Assembly (NCBI GenBank): GCA_050298595.1
Contig: JBNKUM010000008.1
Coordinates: 193,303-257,302, forward strand
Length of the DNA stretch: 64,000 bases
From: Gammaproteobacteria bacterium
GTDB taxonomy: Bacteria; Pseudomonadota; Gammaproteobacteria; GCA-001735895
Reading direction: 5' to 3'
In this document: piece by piece, positions 1 to 9,542 of the stretch
How positions within the stretch are numbered: position 1 is the stretch's first letter
Layout of the letters: every line of letters begins with the position of its first letter
The notes under the pieces: model-generated
Databases searched by the model: none
Told to the model about the DNA's origin: nothing
Seen by the model: only the letters and a program-made list of their open reading frames with translations
Position numbers and translations under genes: made by a program

Positions 1-2
1 TA

Positions 3-1031
3 ATTAGTAGTGTTTCAGATATTCCTCTAATTAATTTTATAAGAGAAACCCCTCTTGGTCATTATCTTTTACCTCACAGCTACGACAACCGCGCTATTGA
101 TACTATTTACAATCCAGAAAATTTTGATAAGACACTCAACAATCAACTTAAAGAATTACCAGATACTCCCGCATTCATTTCTGTACATTTTTGTCTTCCT
201 CACTGGCCGTATAATTGGTCCGGTAGTAGAGATTATAAGATGATTGAACCATCTACACATCAAAAGGGAATGCCACAAAACTATTTAAAAGCCGTTAATC
301 GGGCCGATGATCAATTTAAGGTCTTTTTGAATCAACTGGCAGAAAACGATTTTCTGAAAAATGCGATCGTCTTTATATTCTCTGATCACGGTGAAGGCTT
401 TGCCAAAGGTGAAAGAATTATTAATTATTCTAGTGAAGGCGATGAGTTCATTTCTGGTAACCAAATAGGGCATGGGGGAAGCCTGGATAATCCTGATGAC
501 TCCAGAATACTTTTAATGCTAAGAAGATATGGGGAAAATAAAACAATACCCTCTCTTTTGACTCAACCAGCATCGTTAATCGATATTCGACCTACAATTC
601 TTGACCTCTTGAGTATTAAAACCGAAGATGAAATTGACGGGGTATCATTGATCAAATTGAACAAAAAGGAACGTCTCAAAAGACCTCTATACTTTGAAAC
701 AGGGATCAGAATACCTATACCCTCATCAGGAAAAATTGATAAAGTTAAAATCCTTAATTCAAATCTTCATTCTTACGATATCAGTCCAAACGATAGCAAA
801 CTTATACTAAAGGAAAGCATACTTCCCGGACTCATAAGACACAAAGAGCGCGCAGTGTTATATGGAACTGACTACCTCATCCAGAAATATAAATCAAATG
901 ATAACGGTAAAACTATTGATTATTTTTTCTTAACCAACCACAAATATGCCGATAGCACAGATCTTAAAAAGTCCTTATGTAATCATTTTTCGAGAGATAT
1001 AGACTTTTATGGAAATGCCTGTAATCAATAG
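3..1031 (+). CDS. Sulfatase/alkaline-phosphatase-superfamily protein, 5' end outside the window
   Basis: The frame of ORF 240..1031 is open back to base 3 (ISSVSDIPLINF...SVHFCLPHWPY...). It contains sulfatase-fold motifs HxxxPHxPY, FSDHGE, GHGG and SLIDIRPTILDLL. Confidence 0.8.
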   Translation: MSSVSDIPLINFIRETPLGHYLLPHSYDNRAIDTIYNPENFDKTLNNQLKELPDTPAFISVHFCLPHWPYNWSGSRDYKMIEPSTHQKGMPQNYLKAVNRADDQFKVFLNQLAENDFLKNAIVFIFSDHGEGFAKGERIINYSSEGDEFISGNQIGHGGSLDNPDDSRILLMLRRYGENKTIPSLLTQPASLIDIRPTILDLLSIKTEDEIDGVSLIKLNKKERLKRPLYFETGIRIPIPSSGKIDKVKILNSNLHSYDISPNDSKLILKESILPGLIRHKERAVLYGTDYLIQKYKSNDNGKTIDYFFLTNHKYADSTDLKKSLCNHFSRDIDFYGNACNQ

Positions 1032-1070
1032 CCGTCTAAAATCTCCCAACACATAAATTCGAGAGGAAAA

Positions 1071-2492
1071 ATGGAATTATATAAATTTAGAAATATCTAT
1101 ACCGCTCTTCTAGCTACACTGATTGTTATTATGTGGATCACAGGCAGGTGGACAGAGATACATCAAATAACTACCTTCTATATTGAACTGATTATAGTAA
1201 CTGTTTATATTTCAAGGCTACCGATTAATCATTCAATACTATCCATAGCTCGCCAGCACAAACCGTTTCTGCTACTACTTCTCGTTTTTATTATTTTCTA
1301 TATAAAGATGATTTTAAATCTCAGAACAGATACCTTGCTATACATTTTATTACTAATTTACAGTCTTTTTTTTATAAATTATTCAAACTACTTTAAACAA
1401 CCACATGTCCTTTTTATCTCTTGTTTCTTAATCCTAATATCGATTTCATTTTTCTTTTCTCCACTTGAATTATCTGGCCAATTCTTAGCACAGCACAGGT
1501 ATGAACAAACCATATTACACGCCATAGTTTTTTTAATATTAATTGAAGAATTTCAAAATAATGCACTAAACCCAAGTATAATTCTTTCAACAATAATCAT
1601 ATCGATGTTCTTTATTACCCTTGCATATATCTTCTATTATGTCACAGCCTCTACTCCCCCTACTGATTATCAATGGTGGAGACAACCTCCCTGTTGTTTT
1701 TATCATCCCCGTCACTACGGATATACGGCCACTGCTGCAACGGCTGTTCTGCTAGGCTTTATAGCTTCTTTAAAACAGCCTTTTAAAGGACCAGCTATTC
1801 TCCTTTGGTTTTTATTAACCTTAAGCCTCACTACGTTAATATGGTTGGGAGGAAGAGCCTCAACTGGATCAATCATTTTAACAATGCTCGCCCTTTTAAC
1901 TTTAGTAATTCTATACGGCCAGAAAACTCAGAAAAAACCTTTTATTATTGGTCTTGTTGGTTCATTACTTGTGAGTATTGGGATAAGCGAGGTGATAAGT
2001 GTATTCCCCTGGAACGGTATTATGACTATGCTGGGAAGAACCGCTTCTGCTGAAAATCTGGAAAGCCTCTCCACTGGAAGATTACAGATATGGAAAGAAG
2101 CTCTACAAGCCTGGAAACAATCACCTTTACTTGGTCTGGGAAGCAATGCCTTTGCTTATATACCCAGAAGTAGCCAGTTTGCTAGTCAGCCTCATAGTAT
2201 GATTGTTCAATTTTTACTTGAGTATGGCGTATTTGGCATTGTTTTTTTAATTCTGATATATGCGATATTTGTAAAACAGGTTTTCTTGCGGTTATCTTAT
2301 GGCTTTACAAACATGCAATCATCCGTCTTGGCCGCAGTTAGCACAATTATAGCTTTAGGTATACATGGGCTTGTAGATGGGACATTGTTTTACCCACAAC
2401 CAGTATTTGCTCAAGTCATATGTTTTTCAATTTTATTGTCTGCTTCAAAGCAATGTATTCCAAAAGCTGATGACAAAGATCTCTGCATGTAA
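1071..2492 (+). CDS. O-antigen ligase (Wzy_C) family membrane protein, candidate pilin O-oligosaccharyltransferase, copy 1
   Basis: Many hydrophobic TM segments; GGRAS, GRLQIWKEAL..W..SPLLGLG and PHSMIVQFLLEYG motifs; located upstream of pilB. Confidence 0.75.
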   Translation: MELYKFRNIYTALLATLIVIMWITGRWTEIHQITTFYIELIIVTVYISRLPINHSILSIARQHKPFLLLLLVFIIFYIKMILNLRTDTLLYILLLIYSLFFINYSNYFKQPHVLFISCFLILISISFFFSPLELSGQFLAQHRYEQTILHAIVFLILIEEFQNNALNPSIILSTIIISMFFITLAYIFYYVTASTPPTDYQWWRQPPCCFYHPRHYGYTATAATAVLLGFIASLKQPFKGPAILLWFLLTLSLTTLIWLGGRASTGSIILTMLALLTLVILYGQKTQKKPFIIGLVGSLLVSIGISEVISVFPWNGIMTMLGRTASAENLESLSTGRLQIWKEALQAWKQSPLLGLGSNAFAYIPRSSQFASQPHSMIVQFLLEYGVFGIVFLILIYAIFVKQVFLRLSYGFTNMQSSVLAAVSTIIALGIHGLVDGTLFYPQPVFAQVICFSILLSASKQCIPKADDKDLCM

Positions 2493-2714
2493 AGCCCTCT
2501 TAATTACCAGGCCGAACTCAACGAATGTTTAAAAACAATGAAAAGATTAGAACTAAAGTTTATTATGCTACCGTCAGTAATATTTTAACTGCTATACAGA
2601 GCTATAAACAACATTATATATTTTCTAATGGTGAAGAATTCAGCAAATGCTTAAACTATAGAATATATGCACATGTTGTGTCATAGCATACTCATTATTT
2701 TCTATCATATTTAA

Positions 2715-4841
2715 TTGACGCCAATGATCAAGCAATTAGAACTAAAAAAATTTGTCGTAGAAGCCAGCTTATTTACTCTTCTATGGCAATTATCTGCAGG
2801 AATATCCATGTATTTATGGAACCCGAAGATATTTGCTTCATTTTTACCTTATCTTTTTTATACTAAATTGCTTGCGCAAGAATTATTATTTATTGCTCTG
2901 TTTAGCTTTTTAACCTTCCTTATACTGAGAATCTTTTTTTCTTTTGTTTTCTTTTTCAATGCAAAACTAAGTTTCTTTTTCTGTATACTGGCATATGCGC
3001 TCATCGTCACCATTTATGTGTTCAGTTGGATGCAGTTTCTGACCTATGGCCGGTTCATCAACCTCTCCTCTATTGAGATGTTTGTATCTTCGCCATTTCA
3101 AATATTGGAACATGCAAATGATATCGTAGCAATATCGATTTATCGTATTGCCACAATACCAGTTTTAGTCATGATTGCTTTGTATCTATCAAAAAAATAT
3201 GTGCTTGTTATTTTACCAAATAAAGCCCTATATTCTTATTTTCTGTTACTCAACATTATCTGTGCCTTAATTAATGTCGTACATCTAGATAGTACACCTT
3301 ATACACGGACCTACATTAAGGGAGATAATTTGCTTATATCAACTGCAGATCTCATGCGTAAGCTAAGGATAAGTGCAGCGAGTCCTTTTATTACAATCAA
3401 AGAATCAACGATCAATCTACTTACCTCAAATCCTACCTGGCAAGCGGGAGAAAATGTCAAATTCACAGACATTCTTCCACCTGGAAATACAAAAGGCTTG
3501 TTGCGTGAATCAAACTTGAAGAATTGGGATGTAATTATTATGGAGATTGAATCACTTAATCCACAGGTATTTTCCGCGATAAACCCAAATCTTCAAGAGA
3601 GTATTATGCCTACAGTTGACTCTATTGCGGCCAACTCCCAATTATTTACCAAGGTATACGCTCAATCAAGCCACTCTAGTTATGCCGACCTTGTTCCTCT
3701 GTCCTCTCAATATCCATTGCGTTCAATGAGTACTTATATCTATCCAGCAAATATTACCTATCCAAAGATCATGATTTATGATGTGTTAAGTGAGTTTGGT
3801 TATAAAACAGCCATTATTTCTTCTCAAAATGAAGAGTGGCAAGGAATGAATAATTATCTTAGATCACCAAACCTGGATGTTTTTATCCATGCCGGAAACT
3901 ATCAGGAGATGCTCAGCAAGAACAAGTTGGTCATTGATAATATCAATACACATGAAATGGAGCCAGACGCTCTTGTATCCTTTGCTGGCAAACTAGCAGA
4001 CAGTTCTACCATTTCTATCATTAATAGCTGGGTAAGCTCTCTTAAAAAAGAGCAGCATTATTTCCTGTATACTAATTTACAAAATTCACATAATCCATTC
4101 TACTCACCGGCAGATAGAGAGCCGCGTTTTTTTAAGTCAAAGGAAGAGGAGGAAAAAACACGTCAAAGATTAACTCATGGCACACAAAATTTTGGTGATT
4201 TTAAAAATTTATACAACGAATCATTAAGCGGTATTGACGAACAGATTCAAGTACTTGTAGAGCATTTGAAAAACCTTGGTCGCTGGAATAACACTTTATT
4301 AGTTATTACCGCTGACACATCTACACACTTTAGTGAATCCATTGTTGGTAATGGGGCAGGACTGTTTGAAGATGTGCTACATGTACCATTAATTATTAAA
4401 GTGCCGGGTGAACAGGGAAAAAATGATACCCGGCTTATGCAGCATCTGGATATTACACCAACTGTTCTGGGATACATGGGTATGAATGAACACCCTGGAT
4501 TTCAGGGTAAAGATTTTTCTGACGACAAAAACTGTAATCCATACTCATTTGCAGTCGCTCAAACGCCGCTGGCATCTCAATATTCTATTATTTCTGATGA
4601 AGGCTTGCAGCTTGTCTTTGATGTTGAGACTAAAGAGGTATTGACGAAAACTTTAAATGATAGTGACAGCCCAAGCAACCTGATTTCTGATGAAAAAAAA
4701 TTAGACGATAAAAAACAAGAGATATTGATTTCAGCACTTAACACCTGGGTAGCTGGGCAGATAAGTTATTATAATAATGGTGTATTAATGACTTCAAAAT
4801 ACCCCCCCAAATTTAGTTTTAGCTCCGCATCATGCAATTAG
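2715..4841 (+). CDS. Membrane-anchored sulfatase/LTA-synthase-family protein
   Basis: About 5 N-terminal TM segments, then IIMEIESL, MPTVD, AQSSHSSYA, NSHNPF, HVPLIIKVPG and HLDITPTVLG motifs. Confidence 0.75.
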   Translation: MTPMIKQLELKKFVVEASLFTLLWQLSAGISMYLWNPKIFASFLPYLFYTKLLAQELLFIALFSFLTFLILRIFFSFVFFFNAKLSFFFCILAYALIVTIYVFSWMQFLTYGRFINLSSIEMFVSSPFQILEHANDIVAISIYRIATIPVLVMIALYLSKKYVLVILPNKALYSYFLLLNIICALINVVHLDSTPYTRTYIKGDNLLISTADLMRKLRISAASPFITIKESTINLLTSNPTWQAGENVKFTDILPPGNTKGLLRESNLKNWDVIIMEIESLNPQVFSAINPNLQESIMPTVDSIAANSQLFTKVYAQSSHSSYADLVPLSSQYPLRSMSTYIYPANITYPKIMIYDVLSEFGYKTAIISSQNEEWQGMNNYLRSPNLDVFIHAGNYQEMLSKNKLVIDNINTHEMEPDALVSFAGKLADSSTISIINSWVSSLKKEQHYFLYTNLQNSHNPFYSPADREPRFFKSKEEEEKTRQRLTHGTQNFGDFKNLYNESLSGIDEQIQVLVEHLKNLGRWNNTLLVITADTSTHFSESIVGNGAGLFEDVLHVPLIIKVPGEQGKNDTRLMQHLDITPTVLGYMGMNEHPGFQGKDFSDDKNCNPYSFAVAQTPLASQYSIISDEGLQLVFDVETKEVLTKTLNDSDSPSNLISDEKKLDDKKQEILISALNTWVAGQISYYNNGVLMTSKYPPKFSFSSASCN

Positions 4842-4926
4842 AGTTGCTACTAAACCGCATGGCTAAATAGTGCCTGAACGAGAACACAGTTAGTTTGAAA
4901 TTCTAAATATTTCAACTGAAAAACTT

Positions 4927-5222
4927 AAGGTGAATGTATCGTTCGAACTTTCAGTTCATATAATCCATGCATTTATCCAGTCCATTACATTCAGGCGTTA
5001 GTGCCAGACTCTGGCTGTCGAATGTTACTTTTTTCTGTTCCTGAATTTCAGACTGTTTTCTTGCAGCCCCCCTTCCTGGTCAGCACAATTTATTCGAGTA
5101 GAACGCACAGCCCAAGCTGATTTTTGGGAGAGTGAAAGCCTTTGTCAAGGCTGAAGTCTATTAACTCTGGATATTTATTCCCAGGCTTCTCTGACCATAT
5201 CTCGAGCAGCCTGATTATCCAT
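4927..5222 (-). pseudogene. Decayed DDE transposase fragment (ISNCY/IS5-like C-terminus)
   Basis: Manual minus-strand translation gives KYPELIDFSLDKGFHSPKNQLGL..LE*IVLTRKG, HS../ESGTNA, ECNGLDKCMDY and FERYIHL across stops and frameshifts. This matches the DKGFHS...HSAVESAINALE..GLDRC..F.RYV.L pattern I recall for these transposases. Confidence 0.6.
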
Positions 5223-5332
5223 TTAATTTTGCACTAACCGGAAGCGCAGGATGTCAAGTAACTATTCGAAGCTCACAATGTAAAAAAGATATTGGCGAGT
5301 TAATTAAAAATCTCAGTATACTTTTAAGCAAC

Positions 5333-5366
5333 ATCCTCGAAGTAACAATATCCTCGAAGTAACAAT
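5333..5366. repeat. Perfect 17-bp tandem duplication ATCCTCGAAGTAACAAT x2
   Basis: Read directly at 5333-5349 and 5350-5366. Confidence 0.9.
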
Positions 5367-5515
5367 GCTAGTGAAAGCCTCACAATATATTCATCTAAGT
5401 AAAAATCCAGCAATATCAACTATGAAGAACACATGTATTCAGTGCGTATAAAAACTCTTCAGATATTGCTTTTTACATCTCAAAATCGTGTAATAAACGG
5501 GTAGAATAATAACCT

Positions 5516-6931
5516 ATGGAGCTGTGCAAAATAAGGAGCATATACAGGGCGTTACTCCCTTTTCTTATTGTGATAATATGGATATCAGGAAGATGGACCG
5601 AAACCTACCAGATAACTACTTTCTATATTGAGCTTATTATAGTAACTGCCTATATATCCTCTCTTCCTATTAATCAGACAGTACTATCAATGATACAAAA
5701 TCATAAGATAGTATTTTTCCTTCTTCTTGCATTTTTTATCTTTTATATAAAGATCGTTCTGTACCTTAAGACTGAAATTCTTTTATATACTTTATTATTG
5801 GTCTACGGACTGTTTTTTGTAAACTTTCAACCCAGAATTAAATCACTTCGCTCAGCCTTCTTTGTTTTTTTTATATTATCCATATCAATATCATTTTTCT
5901 TTTCACCACTTGAGTCATCTGGTCGGTACTATTCTCAATTTAGATTTGAACAGACGATACTACACGCAATAGTTTTTTTGGTGCTAGTCAAGGAGTTTCA
6001 AAGAAAAGCCTTGGACCCAAATATACTTCTCTCAACACTTATAATATCCCTCTTATTTATTTTCATTGAGTACACTTTCTATTATGTAACAGCAACCACA
6101 ACACCCTCAGGTACGCAATGGTGGAGATACCCGCCTTGTTGTTTTTATCACACTCGACATTTTGGATACCTTGGTACAGCAGCAGCTGCAGTACTCCTCG
6201 GATTTATCTGTTCACTGAAAGCAACTTTCTCAAGACAGGCTACACCACTATGGATATTGCTAACGATTACTCTGGCTGCTTTGATATGGTCTGGTGGAAG
6301 AGCTGCCACAGGCTCGATCATATTGACTATGATCACTCTACTAATCCTGGCATTTTTCACCGGCTCTAAAACACAGATAAAATCAATTACTATCGGTTTT
6401 TTAGGATCATTCCTGCTGGCTATCCTAATTAGTGAGCAGCTTATTGTTTTCCCCTGGAATGGAATAATGTCCATGATAGGAAGAACATCTACTGCTGACA
6501 ACCTTAATGCCATATCAAGTAATCGATTATTTGTCTGGAAAGAAGCACTGCAAGCCTGGTGGCAATCCCCCATTTTGGGCCTTGGAAGTGATGCCTATGC
6601 TTATATACCCAAACAAAACTCATGGCTGACCCAACCTCACAGCATGATTATACAATTTCTTCTGGAATGGGGTTTGTTCGGCATTATATTTTTGGTCATG
6701 ATATATACAACGTTTATTAAAAGCGTAATCACGTATAGATCAAATGACCTTGCTAATATCCCAGCACCAGTACTAGCTGCAGCTAGTACAATTTTTGCAC
6801 TTGCTATACATGGAATTGTGGATGGCACCTGGTATTACCCTCAACCAGTATTTACTCAAATCTTATGCCTATCGATATTAATAGGGTCATTAAGTACAAG
6901 CTTACCGAATAATCAGAATAATATAATTTGA
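5516..6931 (+). CDS. O-antigen ligase (Wzy_C) family membrane protein, copy 2 (paralog of 1071..2492)
   Basis: Colinear with copy 1 over the full length (e.g. QITTFYIELIIVT, EQTILHAIVFL, WWRxPPCCFYHxRHxGY, QPHSMI, YPQPVF). Confidence 0.75.
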   Translation: MELCKIRSIYRALLPFLIVIIWISGRWTETYQITTFYIELIIVTAYISSLPINQTVLSMIQNHKIVFFLLLAFFIFYIKIVLYLKTEILLYTLLLVYGLFFVNFQPRIKSLRSAFFVFFILSISISFFFSPLESSGRYYSQFRFEQTILHAIVFLVLVKEFQRKALDPNILLSTLIISLLFIFIEYTFYYVTATTTPSGTQWWRYPPCCFYHTRHFGYLGTAAAAVLLGFICSLKATFSRQATPLWILLTITLAALIWSGGRAATGSIILTMITLLILAFFTGSKTQIKSITIGFLGSFLLAILISEQLIVFPWNGIMSMIGRTSTADNLNAISSNRLFVWKEALQAWWQSPILGLGSDAYAYIPKQNSWLTQPHSMIIQFLLEWGLFGIIFLVMIYTTFIKSVITYRSNDLANIPAPVLAAASTIFALAIHGIVDGTWYYPQPVFTQILCLSILIGSLSTSLPNNQNNII

Positions 6932-6971
6932 CCTACTACTGACTATATATATCCAGCTGTAAAGAATACAG

Positions 6972-7587
6972 AATCCACGTTCTAAGAACGTGGATTTTGT
7001 TTCGCCCTGGAAGGGCGTATATACCGAAACCTCTTAGAAGACTCGCTCCGTCATCGCCGTAAGTCAATTTCAGTCGAAATCTAACTCAGGATTTCTCTTA
7101 AACTTTTCCTGGTATTTCACATATTTAGGGATCATTTCGGCATCTACCCCTACAGTATTGACACAATACCCTTGGCCCAGAAATGATTGCCCCAACTGGG
7201 CTTTTCCTTAAAATAGGGAAATTGCTTGAATACCTGAATTGCTGTCCTTCCTTTTACCACACCCATCAGTTCCGATATGAACATTTTTGGTGGGACCTTG
7301 ACCAAGTAAGTGGATATGGTCCTCCTGTACATTTAATTCGATAACCTCACACCTCTCCCTTTTTGTATACACTCTGAGATGGTTTTCATTACTTCGAAAC
7401 CAATCCAATCTTTTAACACCGGATAACGGTATTTTTGGCACCCAAACAATATAATACTGACAATGCCATATCGCATGCGATAATTTACTGAATCTACTCA
7501 TGCTTTTGCTCCTATCTAGTCTGTTGTGGCGACAAACTACAATTGGATGCATGATCGAACCAGCTCCACGTCGTCAGAACATGGTTT
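6972..7587 (-). mobile_element. tnpA: IS200/IS605-family element with frameshifted tnpA (Y1 HUH transposase pseudogene, ~7080..7501)
   Basis: Fragments MSRFSKLSHAIWHCQYYIVWVPK, LNVQEDHIHLL (HUH), VPPK..SELMG..KGRTAI..F, WGNHFWAKG and ..TVGVDAEMI.KYVKYQ lie in different frames. Subterminal hairpin AATCCACGTTC-TAA-GAACGTGGATT at 6972-6996, with a degenerate copy near 7563-7587. Confidence 0.85.
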
Positions 7588-7823
7588 TATGGATTAATAA
7601 AGTAATGTGACAAAATGATAAATAGTTACTTAATTCAAATTTAAATTGAGCTGTACTTCTTTACCCTGTATCTATTTAATTATTCAGAAATAATAGCACC
7701 TTTATGAAAATATGTTTTTGAAATAGTAAGGCGAATTCAACTAAATTCCACAAAACATAAAAACTGTAATATACTCAGTAGTCTATAGTAGGTTCTTATA
7801 AAAAAATTCAGCTTAACCAGGTC

Positions 7824-9536
7824 ATGACAGCTTCTAATTTACCTCCATTAACCGGACTGGCACGAAAACTTGTGCAAGACCAGATCATTACACAGGAAGT
7901 TGCTTATGATGCGATCCGCCTTGCTCACGAAGAAAAGATCAGTTTTAACCGCTATTTAATCAATCACAATATCGTATCTCCGAATGTTATTGCTATGACC
8001 TGTTCTATGGAATTTGGTCTACCTGTTTTTGACCTTTCATCTATGGATACAGAGCAGGCTCCCTTAACTTCTGTTGATGAAAAGCTTATAACAAAGCACC
8101 ACGCCGTACCGATATATAAGCGTGGAAATCGTTTATTTGTTGCTATTTCTGATCCCACCAACATGCAAGCCCTGGATGAATTCAAGTTTAATACAGGATT
8201 ATCCACCGAAGCTGTTTTAGTACTTGAAGATCAGCTGGATAAATTTCTCGAAAAAGTAATCTCCGCCATGGATACCGGCATGGAGGACATGCTAGATGAT
8301 GATCTCGGCAATCTCGATATAGAAGGCGAAGTAGAAGAAGAACAAGCTGCCCCGACTCGAAGTGACGCTGAAGATGCTCCAGTCGTCAAATATGTAAATA
8401 AGATCCTGGTTGATGCTATTAACAAAGGTGCGTCTGACATTCATTTTGAACCTTACGAAAAGAGATATCGCGTACGATATCGTATAGACGGACTACTTTC
8501 TGAAGTTGCTTCTCCTCCGATTAATATTGCGGCTAAGCTTACCGCTCGCGTCAAAGTTATGTCTCGTATGGATATATCAGAACGCAGGATACCCCAGGAC
8601 GGCAGGATAAAATTAAAACTGTCAAAAAAAAGGGCCATAGACTTTCGCGTAAACACCCTGCCTACACTGTTCGGCGAAAAGATTGTATTGCGTATTCTTG
8701 ACTCATCCAGTGCCAAATTAGGCATTGATGTTTTAGGTTATGAACCAGAACAAAAAGAACTGTACATGAATGCACTGGCCAATCCTTATGGCATGATACT
8801 GGTCACTGGCCCAACCGGTAGTGGTAAAACAGTATCACTTTATACTGGTTTGAATATTTTGAACACCCCTGAAACCAATATCTCTACTGCCGAAGACCCA
8901 GCTGAGATCAACATGGAAGGGATCAATCAAGTCAACGTAAATACCAAGGTTGGACTTACCTTCGCTGAGGCCTTAAGGGCATTTCTGCGCCAGGATCCAG
9001 ATGTGGTCATGGTGGGCGAGATACGTGACCTGGAAACAGCTGAAATAGCCATCAAGGCCGCTCAAACAGGACACCTGGTTTTATCAACCCTGCATACCAA
9101 TGATGCGCCGCAGACCTTGACACGTTTAATGAATATGGGGGTTCCTCCATTCAATATTGCGACCTCAATTTCCCTGATCATAGCCCAAAGACTGGGAAGA
9201 AAACTTTGTGTACATTGTAAAAAGCCTGATGACCTTCCTCGAGAAGTTCTTCTAGAAGAAGGGTTTACAGAAGATGATCTTAATGAAAACTTCACTATCT
9301 ACAAATCAGTAGGTTGCGATCAATGCATCGGCGGATATAAAGGTCGAGTAGGGATTTATCAGGTCATGCCTGTTTCTGAAGAAATGGGAAGAATAATCAT
9401 GTCTGGTGGCAACTCGATAGATATAGCCGATCAGGCAAAAAAAGAAGGTGTAGACGACCTCAGAAGATCAGCCTTGAAAAAAATCAAACAAGGCATCATA
9501 AGTCTAGAAGAAGCTAACCGGGTCACGAAGGATTAA
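7824..9536 (+). CDS. pilB: Type IV-A pilus assembly ATPase PilB
   Basis: GPTGSGKT, AEDPAE, LRQDPDVVMVGEIRD, GHLVLSTLH and a tetra-Cys motif. Confidence 0.97.
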   Translation: MTASNLPPLTGLARKLVQDQIITQEVAYDAIRLAHEEKISFNRYLINHNIVSPNVIAMTCSMEFGLPVFDLSSMDTEQAPLTSVDEKLITKHHAVPIYKRGNRLFVAISDPTNMQALDEFKFNTGLSTEAVLVLEDQLDKFLEKVISAMDTGMEDMLDDDLGNLDIEGEVEEEQAAPTRSDAEDAPVVKYVNKILVDAINKGASDIHFEPYEKRYRVRYRIDGLLSEVASPPINIAAKLTARVKVMSRMDISERRIPQDGRIKLKLSKKRAIDFRVNTLPTLFGEKIVLRILDSSSAKLGIDVLGYEPEQKELYMNALANPYGMILVTGPTGSGKTVSLYTGLNILNTPETNISTAEDPAEINMEGINQVNVNTKVGLTFAEALRAFLRQDPDVVMVGEIRDLETAEIAIKAAQTGHLVLSTLHTNDAPQTLTRLMNMGVPPFNIATSISLIIAQRLGRKLCVHCKKPDDLPREVLLEEGFTEDDLNENFTIYKSVGCDQCIGGYKGRVGIYQVMPVSEEMGRIIMSGGNSIDIADQAKKEGVDDLRRSALKKIKQGIISLEEANRVTKD

Positions 9537-9542
9537 TATCAT

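Noticed and set aside
55-243. 62-aa ORF in the track, and the 240 start for the first sulfatase
   Set aside because: The 240..1031 frame is open to base 3 and contains HFCLPHWPY, so the real gene starts before the window; the 62-aa ORF is an out-of-frame shadow.
5333-5366. Tandem repeat as a CRISPR array or iteron
   Set aside because: Only two adjacent copies with no spacer, and no cas or rep genes. I saw no CRISPR, tRNA or rRNA in the window.
7000-7590. TnpB/IscB or an omega-RNA system associated with IS200
   Set aside because: The element is ~600 bp with only a broken tnpA; there is no room or motif for a RuvC nuclease.
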